64,000 nucleotides of DNA. Origin: Polyangiales bacterium. GTDB taxonomy: Bacteria; Myxococcota_A; Polyangia; Polyangiales; Ga0077539. Below, piece after piece: positions 1 through 13,547 of this stretch. The notes beneath the pieces were generated by a model, which was not told the DNA's origin, made no database searches, and was given only the letters and a program-made list of their open reading frames with translations. Location: the NCBI GenBank assembly GCA_044229975.1, contig JBGARZ010000002.1:448001-512000 (forward strand). The letters run 5' to 3'. The translations under genes and the position numbers were made by a program. Within the stretch, counting starts at the first letter, position 1, and each line of letters starts with the position of its first letter.

Positions 1-1
1 C

Positions 2-148
2 GTCCCCGACGAGCAGGTGAGCGCGGTCATCGACGCCATCGAGCGCAGCGCGAAGACCGGCCGCATCGGCGACGGGAAGATATTCGTGGTGCCCATCGAA
101 GAGGCCGTGCGCATCCGCACCGGCGAGCGCGGCCACGACGCCATCTGA
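2..148 (+). CDS. glnB: P-II nitrogen regulatory protein, 3' end only (truncated by window edge)
   Basis: Frame 2 reads [48 protein letters not shown], the P-II C-terminal signature, directly upstream of glnA. Not in the ORF track. glnB and glnK cannot be distinguished from this fragment. Confidence 0.93.
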   Translation, partial: VPDEQVSAVIDAIERSAKTGRIGDGKIFVVPIEEAVRIRTGERGHDAI

Positions 149-176
149 CCCGACCTCTCCTCGACGAGGCTCCGCC

Positions 177-1592
<1,416 letters not shown>

Positions 1593-1611
1593 TTCGCGCC
1601 CGCCGAAGCTG

Positions 1612-1641
1612 TTGACCCCGCTTCCCGCCGCATTCTAGGCT
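1612..1641 (+). promoter_or_regulatory. Candidate sigma70-type promoter for psd
   Basis: TTGACC-N18-TAGGCT in the glnA-psd intergenic region. Confidence 0.4.
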
Positions 1642-1679
1642 CCCCCGACGCGTCAACGACGCCACGAGCCTGCACCTTG

Positions 1680-2555
1680 ATGCTCCCCCTTCGTTCGCGC
1701 GCCGCCGCTCAGCTCATGCACCTCCTTCCGCGGGGTCGCATCACGCGGGCCCTCGGTCACTTTACCGAGGCGCGTATTCCGCGGCCGGTGCTCGACCCGG
1801 TGCTCGCGATCTACTCGCGCGCCTACAACGTCGCCCTCGACGAGGCCGTCGTGCCCGACGGCGGGTTTCGCAGCTTCAACGAGTTCTTCACGCGGCAGCT
1901 CCGCGCGGGCATCCACGAGGTCGACACCGACCCCGACGTGGTGGTCTCCCCCGCCGACGGTCGCCTCGACGACAGCGGCCCCATCGATGCCGGTCGGCGC
2001 TTCACCGTGAAGGGCCAGGGGTACGACGCCGCCACGCTGCTCGATGACGCCGTCGCCGCGCGCGCCTACGAGGGCGGGCACTACTTCATCGTCTACCTCT
2101 CGCCGCGCGACTACCACCGCGTGCACAGCCCGGTCGCGGGGCGCGTGACCTCGGTGCGGCACATCCCGGGCGACCTCTTCCCGGTCAACGCGATGGGCGT
2201 GCGCACGGTGCCGGGCCTCTTCGCGCGCAACGAGCGCGTGGTGGTGCACGTCGACACCGACCTCGGCCCGGCGGCGGTGGTCTTCGTCGGCGCGTTTGTC
2301 GTCGGCAAGATCACGCTCACCATCGACGGCCCCGACCGCCCCGACCTCGGAGGCGTCGCGGCGCAGAAGGACTTTGCCGCGGGCGCGGGGCCCGTCATCG
2401 GCAAGGGCGAAGAGCTCGGGGCCTTTCAGCTCGGGTCGACGGTGGTGGTGCTGCTCGGTCCCGCGGCGCGCGGATCATGGGCGACAGCGCGGGGTGCAGA
2501 CCCGGCGCCGGTGCGGGTCGGTGACGCCGTGGCGCGGGCGACGGTTGCGGGATGA
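1680..2555 (+). CDS. psd: Phosphatidylserine decarboxylase proenzyme
   Basis: SFNEFFTR, VSPADG, YLSPRDYHRVHSP, LFARNERV, self-cleavage motif FQLGST; start uncertain (1677/1680/1716). Confidence 0.93.
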   Translation: MLPLRSRAAAQLMHLLPRGRITRALGHFTEARIPRPVLDPVLAIYSRAYNVALDEAVVPDGGFRSFNEFFTRQLRAGIHEVDTDPDVVVSPADGRLDDSGPIDAGRRFTVKGQGYDAATLLDDAVAARAYEGGHYFIVYLSPRDYHRVHSPVAGRVTSVRHIPGDLFPVNAMGVRTVPGLFARNERVVVHVDTDLGPAAVVFVGAFVVGKITLTIDGPDRPDLGGVAAQKDFAAGAGPVIGKGEELGAFQLGSTVVVLLGPAARGSWATARGADPAPVRVGDAVARATVAG

Positions 2556-2564
2556 GGGTTCTTC

Positions 2565-4223
2565 ATGAGTGACCGCAGCGTCGATCCGCCGGGCGCCTCC
2601 GAGGCCGACTCCGCCGACGGCGAACGACGCCTGCGCAAGAGCCGCCGGGGTCTCCGCCTCACCGGCTCGCACAACGTGCCCACGCTCGTGCCCACCGCCG
2701 ACCTCGACCTGCCCGACCTCGACAACGAGTCCTTCACCTCCGAGCCGCCCTCCGACCACGGTGACGTGGAGATCACGGCGAGCGATGAGGTCGAGGTGTC
2801 CTTCTCGGAGTCCGAAGCGCCGCCTGCTCCGCCGCCCGAGCCCGTCGCGCAGCTCGAGTCGAGCATGCGCGTGGTGCGCCGCCGCATTCGCAAGGTGGGC
2901 TCCGACTCGCCGCCCAGCGACGACCCGGTGCTCACCATCGAGGTGGGCCACACCGAGCCGCCCGACGCGCCCGCTGCTGACGTCGTGGTCCCAGCGCGTC
3001 CCAGCCGCCCACCGCCACCGCGCGCGCCCGCCCGCCCCGCGATGATCGGCTCCAACGCGCCGTCGATCTTCACGGCGCCCACCATTCCGCCGATGCCCGA
3101 TCCGGCCCCGGCCTACTTCACATCGAGCGCGCGCGCCGCCGAGGCGCCGCTGACGCCCGAGCCGCTGCCCGAGGTCGAGCTGGTGCTTGCCACGCCCACC
3201 GACATGGACGTGATGGAGATGCGCCCGAGCGACCCCTCGCTCGCCCTGCTCGACGAGCTCGCGGGCCTCCCGGTCGGCGCCGACGCGCGACCGCCGCCGG
3301 TGTCGCCGAGCCGCATCCCGCCGCCGCCGCCAGAGCCTCCGAAGGGCATGCGCTCCGTGGCCCCACCGCCGCCGCCCGCTTCGTCGCGCCCGCTCGCGGT
3401 GACCGTCCCCGACCAGCACCGCCGCCGTCGCCGCCACTGGTGGGAAGAACTCTTCAACGACGACTACCTCCGCACCGTCATCCCCCTCGACGTGCCGCAG
3501 ATCGCCGCCGAGACCGACTGGATCGAGCACGCCCTCGGCGTCGAGGCGGGCGCCGCCGTGCTCGACGTCGCGTGCGGCGTCGGGCGCCACGCCTGCGAGC
3601 TGGCGTTGCGCGGTTACGACGTGACCGGCGTCGACCTGTCGCCCACCATGGTGCAGCACGCGCAGGCGCTCGCGAAGGGGTGCGCGCAGCCGCCGTCGTT
3701 CACGCAGGCCGACATGATGGCCCTCGACTACGACGAGTCCTTCGACGCGGCGTACTGCGTGGGGTCGTCGTTCGGGTTCTTCGACGACCAGCGCAACGCC
3801 GACGTCGCGACCCGCATCCACCGCGCCCTCAAGGACAACGGAACCTTCCTCCTCCAGGTCATCAACCGCGACCACGCCATTCAGTCGCAGCCCGCCATGG
3901 CGTGGTTCGAGGGCGACGGCTGCGTCTGCATGGAGGAGAGCTCGGTCAACTACATCACGTCGCGGCTCAACGTGAAGCGCACCGTGATCTTCGACGACGG
4001 CCGCCAGCGCGAGATCGAGTTCTCGGTGCGGCTGTACTCGCTGCACGAGCTCGGTCAGCTCCTGCACCAGTCGGGCTTTCGCATCCTCGAGGTGAGCGGC
4101 CACGTCCGGACGCCGGGCGCGTTCTTCGGCCCCTCGTCCCGCGAGCTCATCATCCTCGCGCAGAAGCGCGGCGCCGAAGTGGTCGAGCTCTCCGACCACG
4201 ACCATCACCACCACGACGACTGA
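2565..4223 (+). CDS. Class I SAM-dependent methyltransferase with a long acidic/Pro-rich N-terminal extension
   Basis: VLDVACGVGRH motif I, VTGVDLS, QADMM, SFGFF; roughly the first 285 aa are low complexity. Confidence 0.88.
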   Translation: MSDRSVDPPGASEADSADGERRLRKSRRGLRLTGSHNVPTLVPTADLDLPDLDNESFTSEPPSDHGDVEITASDEVEVSFSESEAPPAPPPEPVAQLESSMRVVRRRIRKVGSDSPPSDDPVLTIEVGHTEPPDAPAADVVVPARPSRPPPPRAPARPAMIGSNAPSIFTAPTIPPMPDPAPAYFTSSARAAEAPLTPEPLPEVELVLATPTDMDVMEMRPSDPSLALLDELAGLPVGADARPPPVSPSRIPPPPPEPPKGMRSVAPPPPPASSRPLAVTVPDQHRRRRRHWWEELFNDDYLRTVIPLDVPQIAAETDWIEHALGVEAGAAVLDVACGVGRHACELALRGYDVTGVDLSPTMVQHAQALAKGCAQPPSFTQADMMALDYDESFDAAYCVGSSFGFFDDQRNADVATRIHRALKDNGTFLLQVINRDHAIQSQPAMAWFEGDGCVCMEESSVNYITSRLNVKRTVIFDDGRQREIEFSVRLYSLHELGQLLHQSGFRILEVSGHVRTPGAFFGPSSRELIILAQKRGAEVVELSDHDHHHHDD

Positions 4224-4248
4224 CCCGCAGGGTCGCGGGCGGTCGGGT

Positions 4249-4812
4249 CTACGGGCCCGTGCGCGTGGCTTCCATCTGGTACGAGACGGTGCACGGCAAG
4301 GCGAGGAGCTGCCCCTCGGCCGCGCCCACGATCGGCGTGCAGTCGCCGCTCGACGTGCCGTAGGCGATGGTCTCCGTCGCGCGAAAGCCCGTGATGGAAG
4401 AGCCTGCGTCGGTGCCCTGCGTGATGCCGCCGTCGAGGGTGTTGGCCGTCGCTGAGACCACACCCTCGATCACGTCGTTGCGACGCAGCACGCACCCCGG
4501 ATACTCGATGCGACGGTCGGCGGCGATGGCGGGGATGTCGTTCTCCAGGGAGAGGCGGAAGGTGCGCTGGTAGACGTCGAAGGTGCCCGACGCCGACGTC
4601 GCACCGGTTGGCGTCCATTGCAGCACGCCGCGGTTGACGGAGAGCGCGACGTTGAACTCCGCGCTCGCGAGCTTCGCCCCGCGCTGTGCGCCGCAGCCGT
4701 TCTGGGTGCGCGTCGCCCGGACACTGAAGACACCCAGGCGCTCTCCCTCCGCGCCGTCGTCACACGCGGACAGAAGCAGCGCAAAGACCACGACGATCGA
4801 GGTGCGAAGCAT
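4249..4812 (-). CDS. Hypothetical lipoprotein
   Basis: MLRTSIVVVFALLLSAC lipobox within ORF 4249..5358; paired cysteines; follows the OmpA gene on the same strand. Confidence 0.7.
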   Translation of the reverse strand: MLRTSIVVVFALLLSACDDGAEGERLGVFSVRATRTQNGCGAQRGAKLASAEFNVALSVNRGVLQWTPTGATSASGTFDVYQRTFRLSLENDIPAIAADRRIEYPGCVLRRNDVIEGVVSATANTLDGGITQGTDAGSSITGFRATETIAYGTSSGDCTPIVGAAEGQLLALPCTVSYQMEATRTGP

Positions 4813-4865
4813 CCGAGCGCGGTATCCGAGTCCGCGCCCGGTGGGCAACTTCCTGGCGGGCGGGA

Positions 4866-6761
<1,896 letters not shown>

Positions 6762-6875
6762 GAGCCATCCTCCAGAGTGGGGCTCCGACCCGTCGAGTCG
6801 TCGGTGCGCCGCGCGCGAAGTGTCGCCCGGAGCGCCCGCCCGACTCAAGCGCGAACAACAACCGCGGACGCGGCC

Positions 6876-7727
6876 CTACTCGAGCTCGAAGTTGAGGCGG
6901 AACGTCGTGACGGTGGCAACCGCCCGTCCGTCGCGCGCGCGCGGGGTGCTGGCGCGGCAGCCGTTCATGACGGCGCGCTCGGCGGCCCTCCCCAAGCCGA
7001 AGCCCGGGTCTTCCATGGACTGCGCGCGGGTGATGTGTCCTTCGGCGTCGACGCTCACGCGCACCTGCACGCGCATGCCCGTAAGCCCACGCTCCTGGGC
7101 CTCCTCAGGGAAGAAGTTGCGCAGCGAGTCCTCGTCGCACTCGATGCGCGGCCGCTCGCTCAGGTCGACGTCGCGCACCGTGGTGGGAGGCGCGGGCTGG
7201 GTGCCGGTTCCGCCGGGTGTTCCGTTGGGGTCGGCGTTGCGGACGGGGCCCTGGTTGGCCACGCCGTTGTTGGCGATGTCGCCGCCGCGGAAGTTGGTGT
7301 TGTTGCCCGTCGCGACCGTGTCCGCCGACGGATCGTTGGACTGCTCGTCGGCGACCATCAGCGGCGGCGGCGCCGTGGGCGCTGGCGGCGGTGGAGGCGG
7401 CGGCGGTGTGTCGTTGCGCGGCGGCGGCGCAACCGCTCGCGCGACCGGAGGCGGTGGCGGTTCGGCCGCGGGAGGTGGCGGCGGTGGCTCGGGCGGCGGA
7501 GGAGGCGGCTCGGGTGGAGGCGGCGGAGGCTCTTCGAGCTCGACCTCCGACACGACGACGGCGGGCAGCGCCTCCCGCTTCGCAAAGCGGCTGGAGGCGA
7601 TGAGCAGGACGGCGAGCAGCGCGTGGAGAAACACCGCCCCCACCATCGACGTCACGGGCCGCGACCCCGTGTCGACGACGGAGCGCGGCCGCTCGACCGA
7701 GGCGATGGACGCCTCGCTCAAGCTCAC
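6876..7727 (-). CDS. tonB: TonB/TolA-family energy transducer
   Basis: TM helix with conserved His (VFLHALL), poly-Pro linker, C-terminal FPEEAQERG..VRVSVDAEG domain. Confidence 0.85.
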   Translation of the reverse strand: MSLSEASIASVERPRSVVDTGSRPVTSMVGAVFLHALLAVLLIASSRFAKREALPAVVVSEVELEEPPPPPPEPPPPPPEPPPPPPAAEPPPPPVARAVAPPPRNDTPPPPPPPPAPTAPPPLMVADEQSNDPSADTVATGNNTNFRGGDIANNGVANQGPVRNADPNGTPGGTGTQPAPPTTVRDVDLSERPRIECDEDSLRNFFPEEAQERGLTGMRVQVRVSVDAEGHITRAQSMEDPGFGLGRAAERAVMNGCRASTPRARDGRAVATVTTFRLNFELE

Positions 7728-8152
7728 GGAGAGACCTCGGCGGGGCCCTCGGCCAGGGTCTCGATCGCGAACTTCGAGACGCCCGCGCGCCGCACCACGT
7801 CCATGGCGTGAACCACCCGGCCGTGCGGAACGCGCTGATCGGCGGCGATGACCACGCGCACCTCCGCGTTTTCAGCATGGCGGGCGCGGATATAGCCCGC
7901 GAGCTGCTCTTCGTTGAAGGGCCTCGTGTCGGCGAAGAGCGCCCCGCTCGCGTCGATCGACACCCTCACCACGACGCTCACGGCGTTGCTGGTGCTGGCG
8001 CGAGGAAGGTCCACCGGGATGGCCTGCGGCGTCACGATGTACTTCGCCGTCACCATGAAGATGATGAGCAGCACGAGGGCGATGTCGACGAAGGGCGTCA
8101 CGTTGATGCCCGTGATGGAGCCCTCCTCGTCGGACGATGATCCGCCTGCCAT
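7724..8152 (-). CDS. exbD: ExbD/TolR family protein
   Basis: INVTPFVDIALVLLIIFMVT; IAADQRVPHGRVVHAMD. Confidence 0.92.
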   Translation of the reverse strand: MAGGSSSDEEGSITGINVTPFVDIALVLLIIFMVTAKYIVTPQAIPVDLPRASTSNAVSVVVRVSIDASGALFADTRPFNEEQLAGYIRARHAENAEVRVVIAADQRVPHGRVVHAMDVVRRAGVSKFAIETLAEGPAEVSP

Positions 8153-8162
8153 CGGGTACGCC

Positions 8163-8954
8163 TCAGTCCTTCTTCTCGGCCGCGGTCTCGGCCTTCGCCT
8201 TGGCCGCTTCGGGCTTCGACGTGTCGACCTTCGCGGCCTGGCGGAACGGCGTGCTGCCCGGCGTCGCCGCGAGGCTCGCGTTGACGACGTGCGCGAGGGT
8301 GTCGGCCGACGCCACGAGACCCTTCACCCGACGCTGGAAGTAGTTGTAGGCCGCGACGGCGGGGATCGCGACGAAGAGGCCGATCGCGGTGGCGACGAGG
8401 GCTTCGGCGAGCGTTCCCATGACGGCGCCGGTGTCGAGCGTGGGCGCTGCGGCCCCTCCGGCCTGGACGGCGCGGCGGGCGGCCGCTGCGGCAGCCGACT
8501 CGTTGGCGCGCAGCTTGTCGAACGCCTGGATGATGCCGATGACCGTGCCGAAGAGGCCCACGAAGGGGGCGTTGTTGCCGACGGTGCCGAGGAAGGCGAG
8601 GTAGCGCTCGAGGTTGAGCTTCACCCGCACCGTCGCGCCCATCATCGCCTCTTCGGCGCTCTTCAAGCCGCTGTCGAATTCCGCGAGGCCCGCGATCGCG
8701 ACGACGGCCGCGGGCGAGGCCGACTTCTCCAGCCGCGCACGAGCGCCCGCGACGTCGCCCTTGCGCAGGAGCGCCCGCACCTCGTCGCCCAGCTTCTCCA
8801 GGTCATCGTCGAGGGAGCGGTAGTAGCGGGCGCGCTCGAGCATCACGGCCACCGAGGCCACCGACAGCGCGATGAGGACCCACATCACCCATTCGGCGCC
8901 GAGCATCGCGAAGGAGGTGAAGAGACGGATGAGAGAGAAGCCACCTGAATGCAT
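8163..8954 (-). CDS. exbB: MotA/TolQ/ExbB proton channel protein
   Basis: LGTVGNNAPFVGLFGTVIGI; AEALVATAIGLFVAIPA. Confidence 0.92.
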   Translation of the reverse strand: MHSGGFSLIRLFTSFAMLGAEWVMWVLIALSVASVAVMLERARYYRSLDDDLEKLGDEVRALLRKGDVAGARARLEKSASPAAVVAIAGLAEFDSGLKSAEEAMMGATVRVKLNLERYLAFLGTVGNNAPFVGLFGTVIGIIQAFDKLRANESAAAAAARRAVQAGGAAAPTLDTGAVMGTLAEALVATAIGLFVAIPAVAAYNYFQRRVKGLVASADTLAHVVNASLAATPGSTPFRQAAKVDTSKPEAAKAKAETAAEKKD

Positions 8955-8972
8955 GCGACACCTGTTGTTGAA

Positions 8973-10094
8973 TCAGCTCACGCCGTCGGGCGTGGGTTGG
9001 GCCTGCTCCGTGGGATGCTCCACGGAGGCCGCGGTTTCACGGGAGGGCGCCGCGGTCGACGACACCCCGAACTCGCGCATCACCACCGTGGCGTAGGCGC
9101 CCGACGGGAGGGTGAAGCGAAACACCAGCGCGTCACCGTCGGCCTCGACGATGAGCTCTTCGGCGAACACCCGGGCGGGTCGGCGTGTTCCCTCGGCCAG
9201 CGGCCCGATGCGGTCGAAGAACGCCCGGTCGAGCGAAGCGCCCGACAGCGTGGCCTCTTCGCGCGCCTCGGCCTCGCCGGTGGGGCGCTCCATCGAGCGA
9301 CCGAACATCGGCCCCGTCGGCGACGCCTCACCCGCGGGGTAGAGGAGCGCGGCGTCGGCGGCCGTGATGAGCCACGGGCGACCGTTGGCCCCGCGCGCCG
9401 CGAGGTCTCCATCGACATGAGCATCGAGCAGCCCGTCGGCGACGCGCCGACCGAGCCAGGTGTTGAAGAGCTCTGACTGGAGCGAGCTCACCAGGAAGCG
9501 CCGCGCGTGCGGGTCGCGGGGCCCCGGGTCTTCGCCCGACAGCCACGCCCGCGCGCGCTCGGCGTTGTCGCCGTCGCGGCCGAAGCGCTGCTCGCCGAAG
9601 TAGTTGGGAACGCCCGCGCTCGCGATGACCGCCGCGATGGAGCGCGCGCGGGCGAGCGCCGCGTCGACGCCGTCGGGGAGGTCGCGCACGCGGAGCTCGA
9701 AGCGGTTGCCGCGGAGGTGACCGGTGCGGAGCTTGTTGCGGTGGCGGGAGACGGACAGCACCCGCAAGCCCGGGATGTCGAGGGCGGCGACGCGCGCGGG
9801 GTCGACCCGCGGGATGCTCACGGTCTGCGTGGTGACCGCGTGGCGGTCTTTCATCCCGGCGTACCCGACGTCGCGCGCCTGGATCTTCAGCGACCGCGCG
9901 ATCTGCGTGATGGCGTAGGTCGTCGTCATGTCGCGCTTCTCGAAGCGCAGGTAGGTGTGCTCGCCCTCGCCGCTCGGCTCGTAGGACGGGACCTCGTCGA
10001 CGCGGAAGTCGTCGTCGACCGCTCGCAGCGAGCCACCGACAGGCGGGAGATCGCCGCAGCGTCGGGGCTGAATCGGGCTGGGGGTCGGCTCCAT
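8973..10094 (-). CDS. truD: tRNA pseudouridine(13) synthase
   Basis: DFRVDE, GEGEH, GYAGMKDRHAVTTQ (catalytic Asp), GNRF, PNYFGEQRFG, FTLPSGAYATVV; start uncertain (up to 10133). Confidence 0.95.
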   Translation of the reverse strand: MEPTPSPIQPRRCGDLPPVGGSLRAVDDDFRVDEVPSYEPSGEGEHTYLRFEKRDMTTTYAITQIARSLKIQARDVGYAGMKDRHAVTTQTVSIPRVDPARVAALDIPGLRVLSVSRHRNKLRTGHLRGNRFELRVRDLPDGVDAALARARSIAAVIASAGVPNYFGEQRFGRDGDNAERARAWLSGEDPGPRDPHARRFLVSSLQSELFNTWLGRRVADGLLDAHVDGDLAARGANGRPWLITAADAALLYPAGEASPTGPMFGRSMERPTGEAEAREEATLSGASLDRAFFDRIGPLAEGTRRPARVFAEELIVEADGDALVFRFTLPSGAYATVVMREFGVSSTAAPSRETAASVEHPTEQAQPTPDGVS

Positions 10095-10165
10095 GCGGGC
10101 GCGGAACATACCCGAGACCCGTCGTCGCGCCATCCCCCTCTCACGCCGCGTATGCTCCGCGGACG

Positions 10166-11263
10166 ATGGAGCGCGACGTGACCGGGGAGGCGTTGGATGC
10201 GGCGCTCACACCACTGCTGCGCGAAGCCATCGCCGCGGGCACGACACCCGGCGCGCAGGTCGCGGTGTGCTTCGGCGACCGCGCGCCATGGGACGTCACG
10301 GCTGGTGCGATGGACTACGACGGCGGGTCGTCGGTGGACGCCGACACGCTCTACGACCTCGCGTCGGTGACCAAGCCCTTCACCGCACTGACGGCGCTTC
10401 GCCTTGCCAACGACGGACGCCTCTCGCTCGATGAGCCGCTCGGCGCGCTGTGGCCGGGGCGCTTTCGACCGACCATCGCGTCGCTCACGCTCGACGCGCT
10501 GCTCTCCCATCGCGCGGGTCTTCCGGCGTGGGTCGATGCCCACCGCGCCATCGCGCTCGACGACTGCGGGACGCCGGAGGCGCGGTCGCGGGTGCTCGAC
10601 GTCGTCGACGCGGCGCCCATCGGAGGGGGAGGCGTCGCGCTCTACAGCGACCTTGGATACATCCTCGCGGGAGAGGCGATGGCGCATCGTGAGGGCATCG
10701 CCGTCGACGCGCTGGTGCGACGCGAGGTGATCGAACCGCTCGCGCTCGCGACGGTTCACGCGCGGGGCGTGGGCGAGCGATGGCGCGCTGCCTCGGTGGC
10801 GCCGACGGAGCATTGCCCATGGCGAGGTCGCGTGGTGCGTGGCGAGGTCCACGACGAAAACGCCTATGCCCTGGGCGGCGTCGCGGGACACGCGGGCCTC
10901 TTCGGGACGGCGGTCGACCTCGCGATGGTCGGGCGACGGTGCCTCGCCGCGCTCGACGGTCGCTCGACGTGGATCACCCGGGAGGCGATGGCCGCGATGA
11001 TCGCGCCACGCGACGGGGGCACCCATCGACTCGGATGGGACAGCGTCTCGGCGGGCGCGTCGTCGAGTGGGTCCCACTTCGGACCTCGCTCCTTCGGTCA
11101 CCTCGGCTTCACGGGGACGTCGTTGTGGTGCGACCCCGACCGCGCCGTGACGGTCGCGCTCGTGACCAACCGCGTGCATCCGAGCCGGTCCAACACGGGG
11201 ATTCGCGCGTTGCGTCCCCGCGTGCATGACGCGATCATCCCGCTCCTCCGAGGCATCGAATGA
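10166..11263 (+). CDS. Serine hydrolase, beta-lactamase/AmpC-like family
   Basis: DLASVTK (SxxK), LLSHRAGL, YSDLGY, GEVHDENA, GHAGLFG, FGHLGFTGT, LVTNRVHP. Confidence 0.92.
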   Translation: MERDVTGEALDAALTPLLREAIAAGTTPGAQVAVCFGDRAPWDVTAGAMDYDGGSSVDADTLYDLASVTKPFTALTALRLANDGRLSLDEPLGALWPGRFRPTIASLTLDALLSHRAGLPAWVDAHRAIALDDCGTPEARSRVLDVVDAAPIGGGGVALYSDLGYILAGEAMAHREGIAVDALVRREVIEPLALATVHARGVGERWRAASVAPTEHCPWRGRVVRGEVHDENAYALGGVAGHAGLFGTAVDLAMVGRRCLAALDGRSTWITREAMAAMIAPRDGGTHRLGWDSVSAGASSSGSHFGPRSFGHLGFTGTSLWCDPDRAVTVALVTNRVHPSRSNTGIRALRPRVHDAIIPLLRGIE

Positions 11264-12438
11264 CCCACTCCACCCGCATCGCTCTGACCGTCGCGCTCGC
11301 CCTCGCCTCCTGCCGCCGCAGCGAGGAGACCGCGTCGGGCAACCCCGCGCCCGTGCCGACGCTTGCGCCTCCGCCTGCACCCGCACCGGCGCCTGCGCCG
11401 ACGACGCAGACGGGGCCCTTCGGCATTCCCATCCCGGCGATCCCTGGCCTGCCTACGATTCCGGGCATCCCCAACCTCGGAGGGACGCCCAACACCAACG
11501 GTCAGGCCAACGCCAACAACGGCAGCCCCAACACGGAGACCGCGCCGCTGCCGCCCGGCGCGTTGGAGCCCGACGGGTCGTTCACGCTGCCGTTCATGGA
11601 GCAGGAGGCGCAGTACATCATCGCGACGCTCACGCAGAACCTCGAGCCCGCGCAGCGCACCCGCGTCGCCAACATCCCGCTCAACTTTCTCAACACGCTC
11701 ACGGAGGTCAACGCCGCCGCCGGGTGCACCCGGAGTCGACAGGCCTTCATGGTGGCGACCGCGGCCATCCTGGTGCTGCACGGCGCGACGGCCGAGGCCC
11801 GCGCGGTGGACGAGCTCGCCCACACCTCGCTGCTCGAGGACTACACCGCGCGCACCGTGCAGATGGTCAGCCACGAGCAGATGGTGCGGGGCCTCGCGGA
11901 CGGGGCGGTTCCTCCGGCGATGGCGCTCGACCCGCGCAAGCTGGCGCGGCAGCGGTACCTCTACGACGTGCAGATCGGGTTCATCCTCGGGCACGAGCTC
12001 GCGCACCACTATCGAGGCCACACGGGCTGCGCGTCGGGCGCTCCCTCGTCGCCGCAGCAGGGCGACCTCGAAGACCTCCAGCGCGCGGTGTCCAACCTCG
12101 CTCCGCTCTTCAATCAGCCGCTGGAGATCGAAGCCGACACCTGGGGAACGGTCAGCGTCCTCGACGCCGGCTCGCGCCGCGCCACCGGCCGATGGAACGA
12201 AGAGGGCGCCGTCATGAGCATGAACTTCTTCGAGCGCCTCGAAGGGCTCTCGGGCAACTCGCCGCTGCTCTTCTTCGTGCGCTCGCATCCCCGCGCGTTC
12301 ATCCGTCGGCCCGTCATCCAGCTCTGGGCGTCGCAGTGGCGCAACGGCGTTCGCCCGCCCGCCATCACGGCCCCGACCGGCAACAACGGCGGCTCCCCGC
12401 TGCCCTTCCCGCTCCCCTTCCCCATCCCTGGGCGATGA
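11260..12438 (+). CDS. M48-like zinc metalloprotease lipoprotein
   Basis: Lipobox LASC; VNAAA; GHELAHH (HExxH); EIEAD third ligand; RSHP. Confidence 0.85.
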   Translation: MTHSTRIALTVALALASCRRSEETASGNPAPVPTLAPPPAPAPAPAPTTQTGPFGIPIPAIPGLPTIPGIPNLGGTPNTNGQANANNGSPNTETAPLPPGALEPDGSFTLPFMEQEAQYIIATLTQNLEPAQRTRVANIPLNFLNTLTEVNAAAGCTRSRQAFMVATAAILVLHGATAEARAVDELAHTSLLEDYTARTVQMVSHEQMVRGLADGAVPPAMALDPRKLARQRYLYDVQIGFILGHELAHHYRGHTGCASGAPSSPQQGDLEDLQRAVSNLAPLFNQPLEIEADTWGTVSVLDAGSRRATGRWNEEGAVMSMNFFERLEGLSGNSPLLFFVRSHPRAFIRRPVIQLWASQWRNGVRPPAITAPTGNNGGSPLPFPLPFPIPGR

Positions 12439-13184
12439 GCCTGGCGCTCGCGGTCGTGTGCGCCCAGACCGTCGCCGCGCAGACCTTCATCGACCTTCCG
12501 CCCGCCGCGATCACGCCTCCGCCGCCCGTCTCGGCGCGACGTGAGGACGCTGCGCTACGTTCGATGCGCGCCCGCTGGCGACCGTCCATCGAGCTGGGCG
12601 CGGCGGTGCTCGGTGACGTCGGGCGCACCACCTCGGACGGTGTCGTCCGATGGCCCTCGGCGCTCACCCTCGCCCTCGGCGTCGACGCGCGACGCGCGGT
12701 GGGCGACCTGCTGGAGATCCACGCACGCCTCGAATTCGTCGGACCGCAGCGGGTCACCGTGGTGCCGCAGTCGCTCTCCGATCGGGTCGCTCCGCTGGCC
12801 TGCGCAGGCACGCGAGCCTTTGACCCGCTCACCGGCTGGGGCGTCCAGGGCGGCATCTCCGTCGGCTTGCGCGCCCGGGTGTTTTCGCTGCGCTCGCCCT
12901 TCTACGTGGGGCTCGCGTTGCGCACGACGGTCTGGGTCGGCAGCGTCGACGGAGAGGCCGTCGCGTCGTGCATGTCGGGTGGCGGCAGCGTGCGTGTGCT
13001 CGATCGCGTCGAGGCCTCCCTCGTGTCGAGCATCGCCGAGCTCGGCGGAACCCTTGAGACCGGCTTCCGCTTCGGCGCGCGCGAAGAGATGGCCCTGACC
13101 CTCCGGCTGCTCGCCGGTGGCGTCGGCGTCGGCGACCCTGCGGTCCGCGGCGCGGTGCTGTCCTTCGGCTGGAGCCTCCGATGA
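12435..13184 (+). CDS. Hypothetical exported protein, possibly an outer-membrane beta-barrel
   Basis: ATGA overlap with upstream gene; signal-like N-terminus; alternating beta-strand pattern ending LSFGWSLR. Confidence 0.55.
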   Translation: MSLALAVVCAQTVAAQTFIDLPPAAITPPPPVSARREDAALRSMRARWRPSIELGAAVLGDVGRTTSDGVVRWPSALTLALGVDARRAVGDLLEIHARLEFVGPQRVTVVPQSLSDRVAPLACAGTRAFDPLTGWGVQGGISVGLRARVFSLRSPFYVGLALRTTVWVGSVDGEAVASCMSGGGSVRVLDRVEASLVSSIAELGGTLETGFRFGAREEMALTLRLLAGGVGVGDPAVRGAVLSFGWSLR

Positions 13185-13546
13185 GACGCGCATCGGGTCT
13201 GCTGCTCGCCCTCACCACCGCGAGCTGCATGCAGTGGCGGCAGGTGCCGCTCGATGCGGTGCGCGCGGGGCGCTTCGATCTGCAAGCCGAGCGGGTTCGC
13301 TTCACGGGTGCCGAGGGATCGCGTGACGTCGCCGTCTCGACGCGGGTGGGCCCCTTCGCGCAGGGGCTCGATCGCGAGACGGGGCGGGGCGTCCGGGTCG
13401 ACCTCGACGTCGTGCGCCGCGTCGAGGTGCGCCGCCCCGATCACCTGCTCAACGCCATCATCATCGGTGGGATCTACGTCTCGGTCTTCGCGCTCGGAGC
13501 GCTCACCTTCGCCGACGGGCTCCCCCCGCTATTCGGCGATCGCTGA
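13181..13546 (+). CDS. Hypothetical lipoprotein with C-terminal TM helix
   Basis: ATGA overlap; LLLALTTASC lipobox. Confidence 0.6.
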   Translation: MRRASGLLLALTTASCMQWRQVPLDAVRAGRFDLQAERVRFTGAEGSRDVAVSTRVGPFAQGLDRETGRGVRVDLDVVRRVEVRRPDHLLNAIIIGGIYVSVFALGALTFADGLPPLFGDR

Positions 13547-13547
13547 T

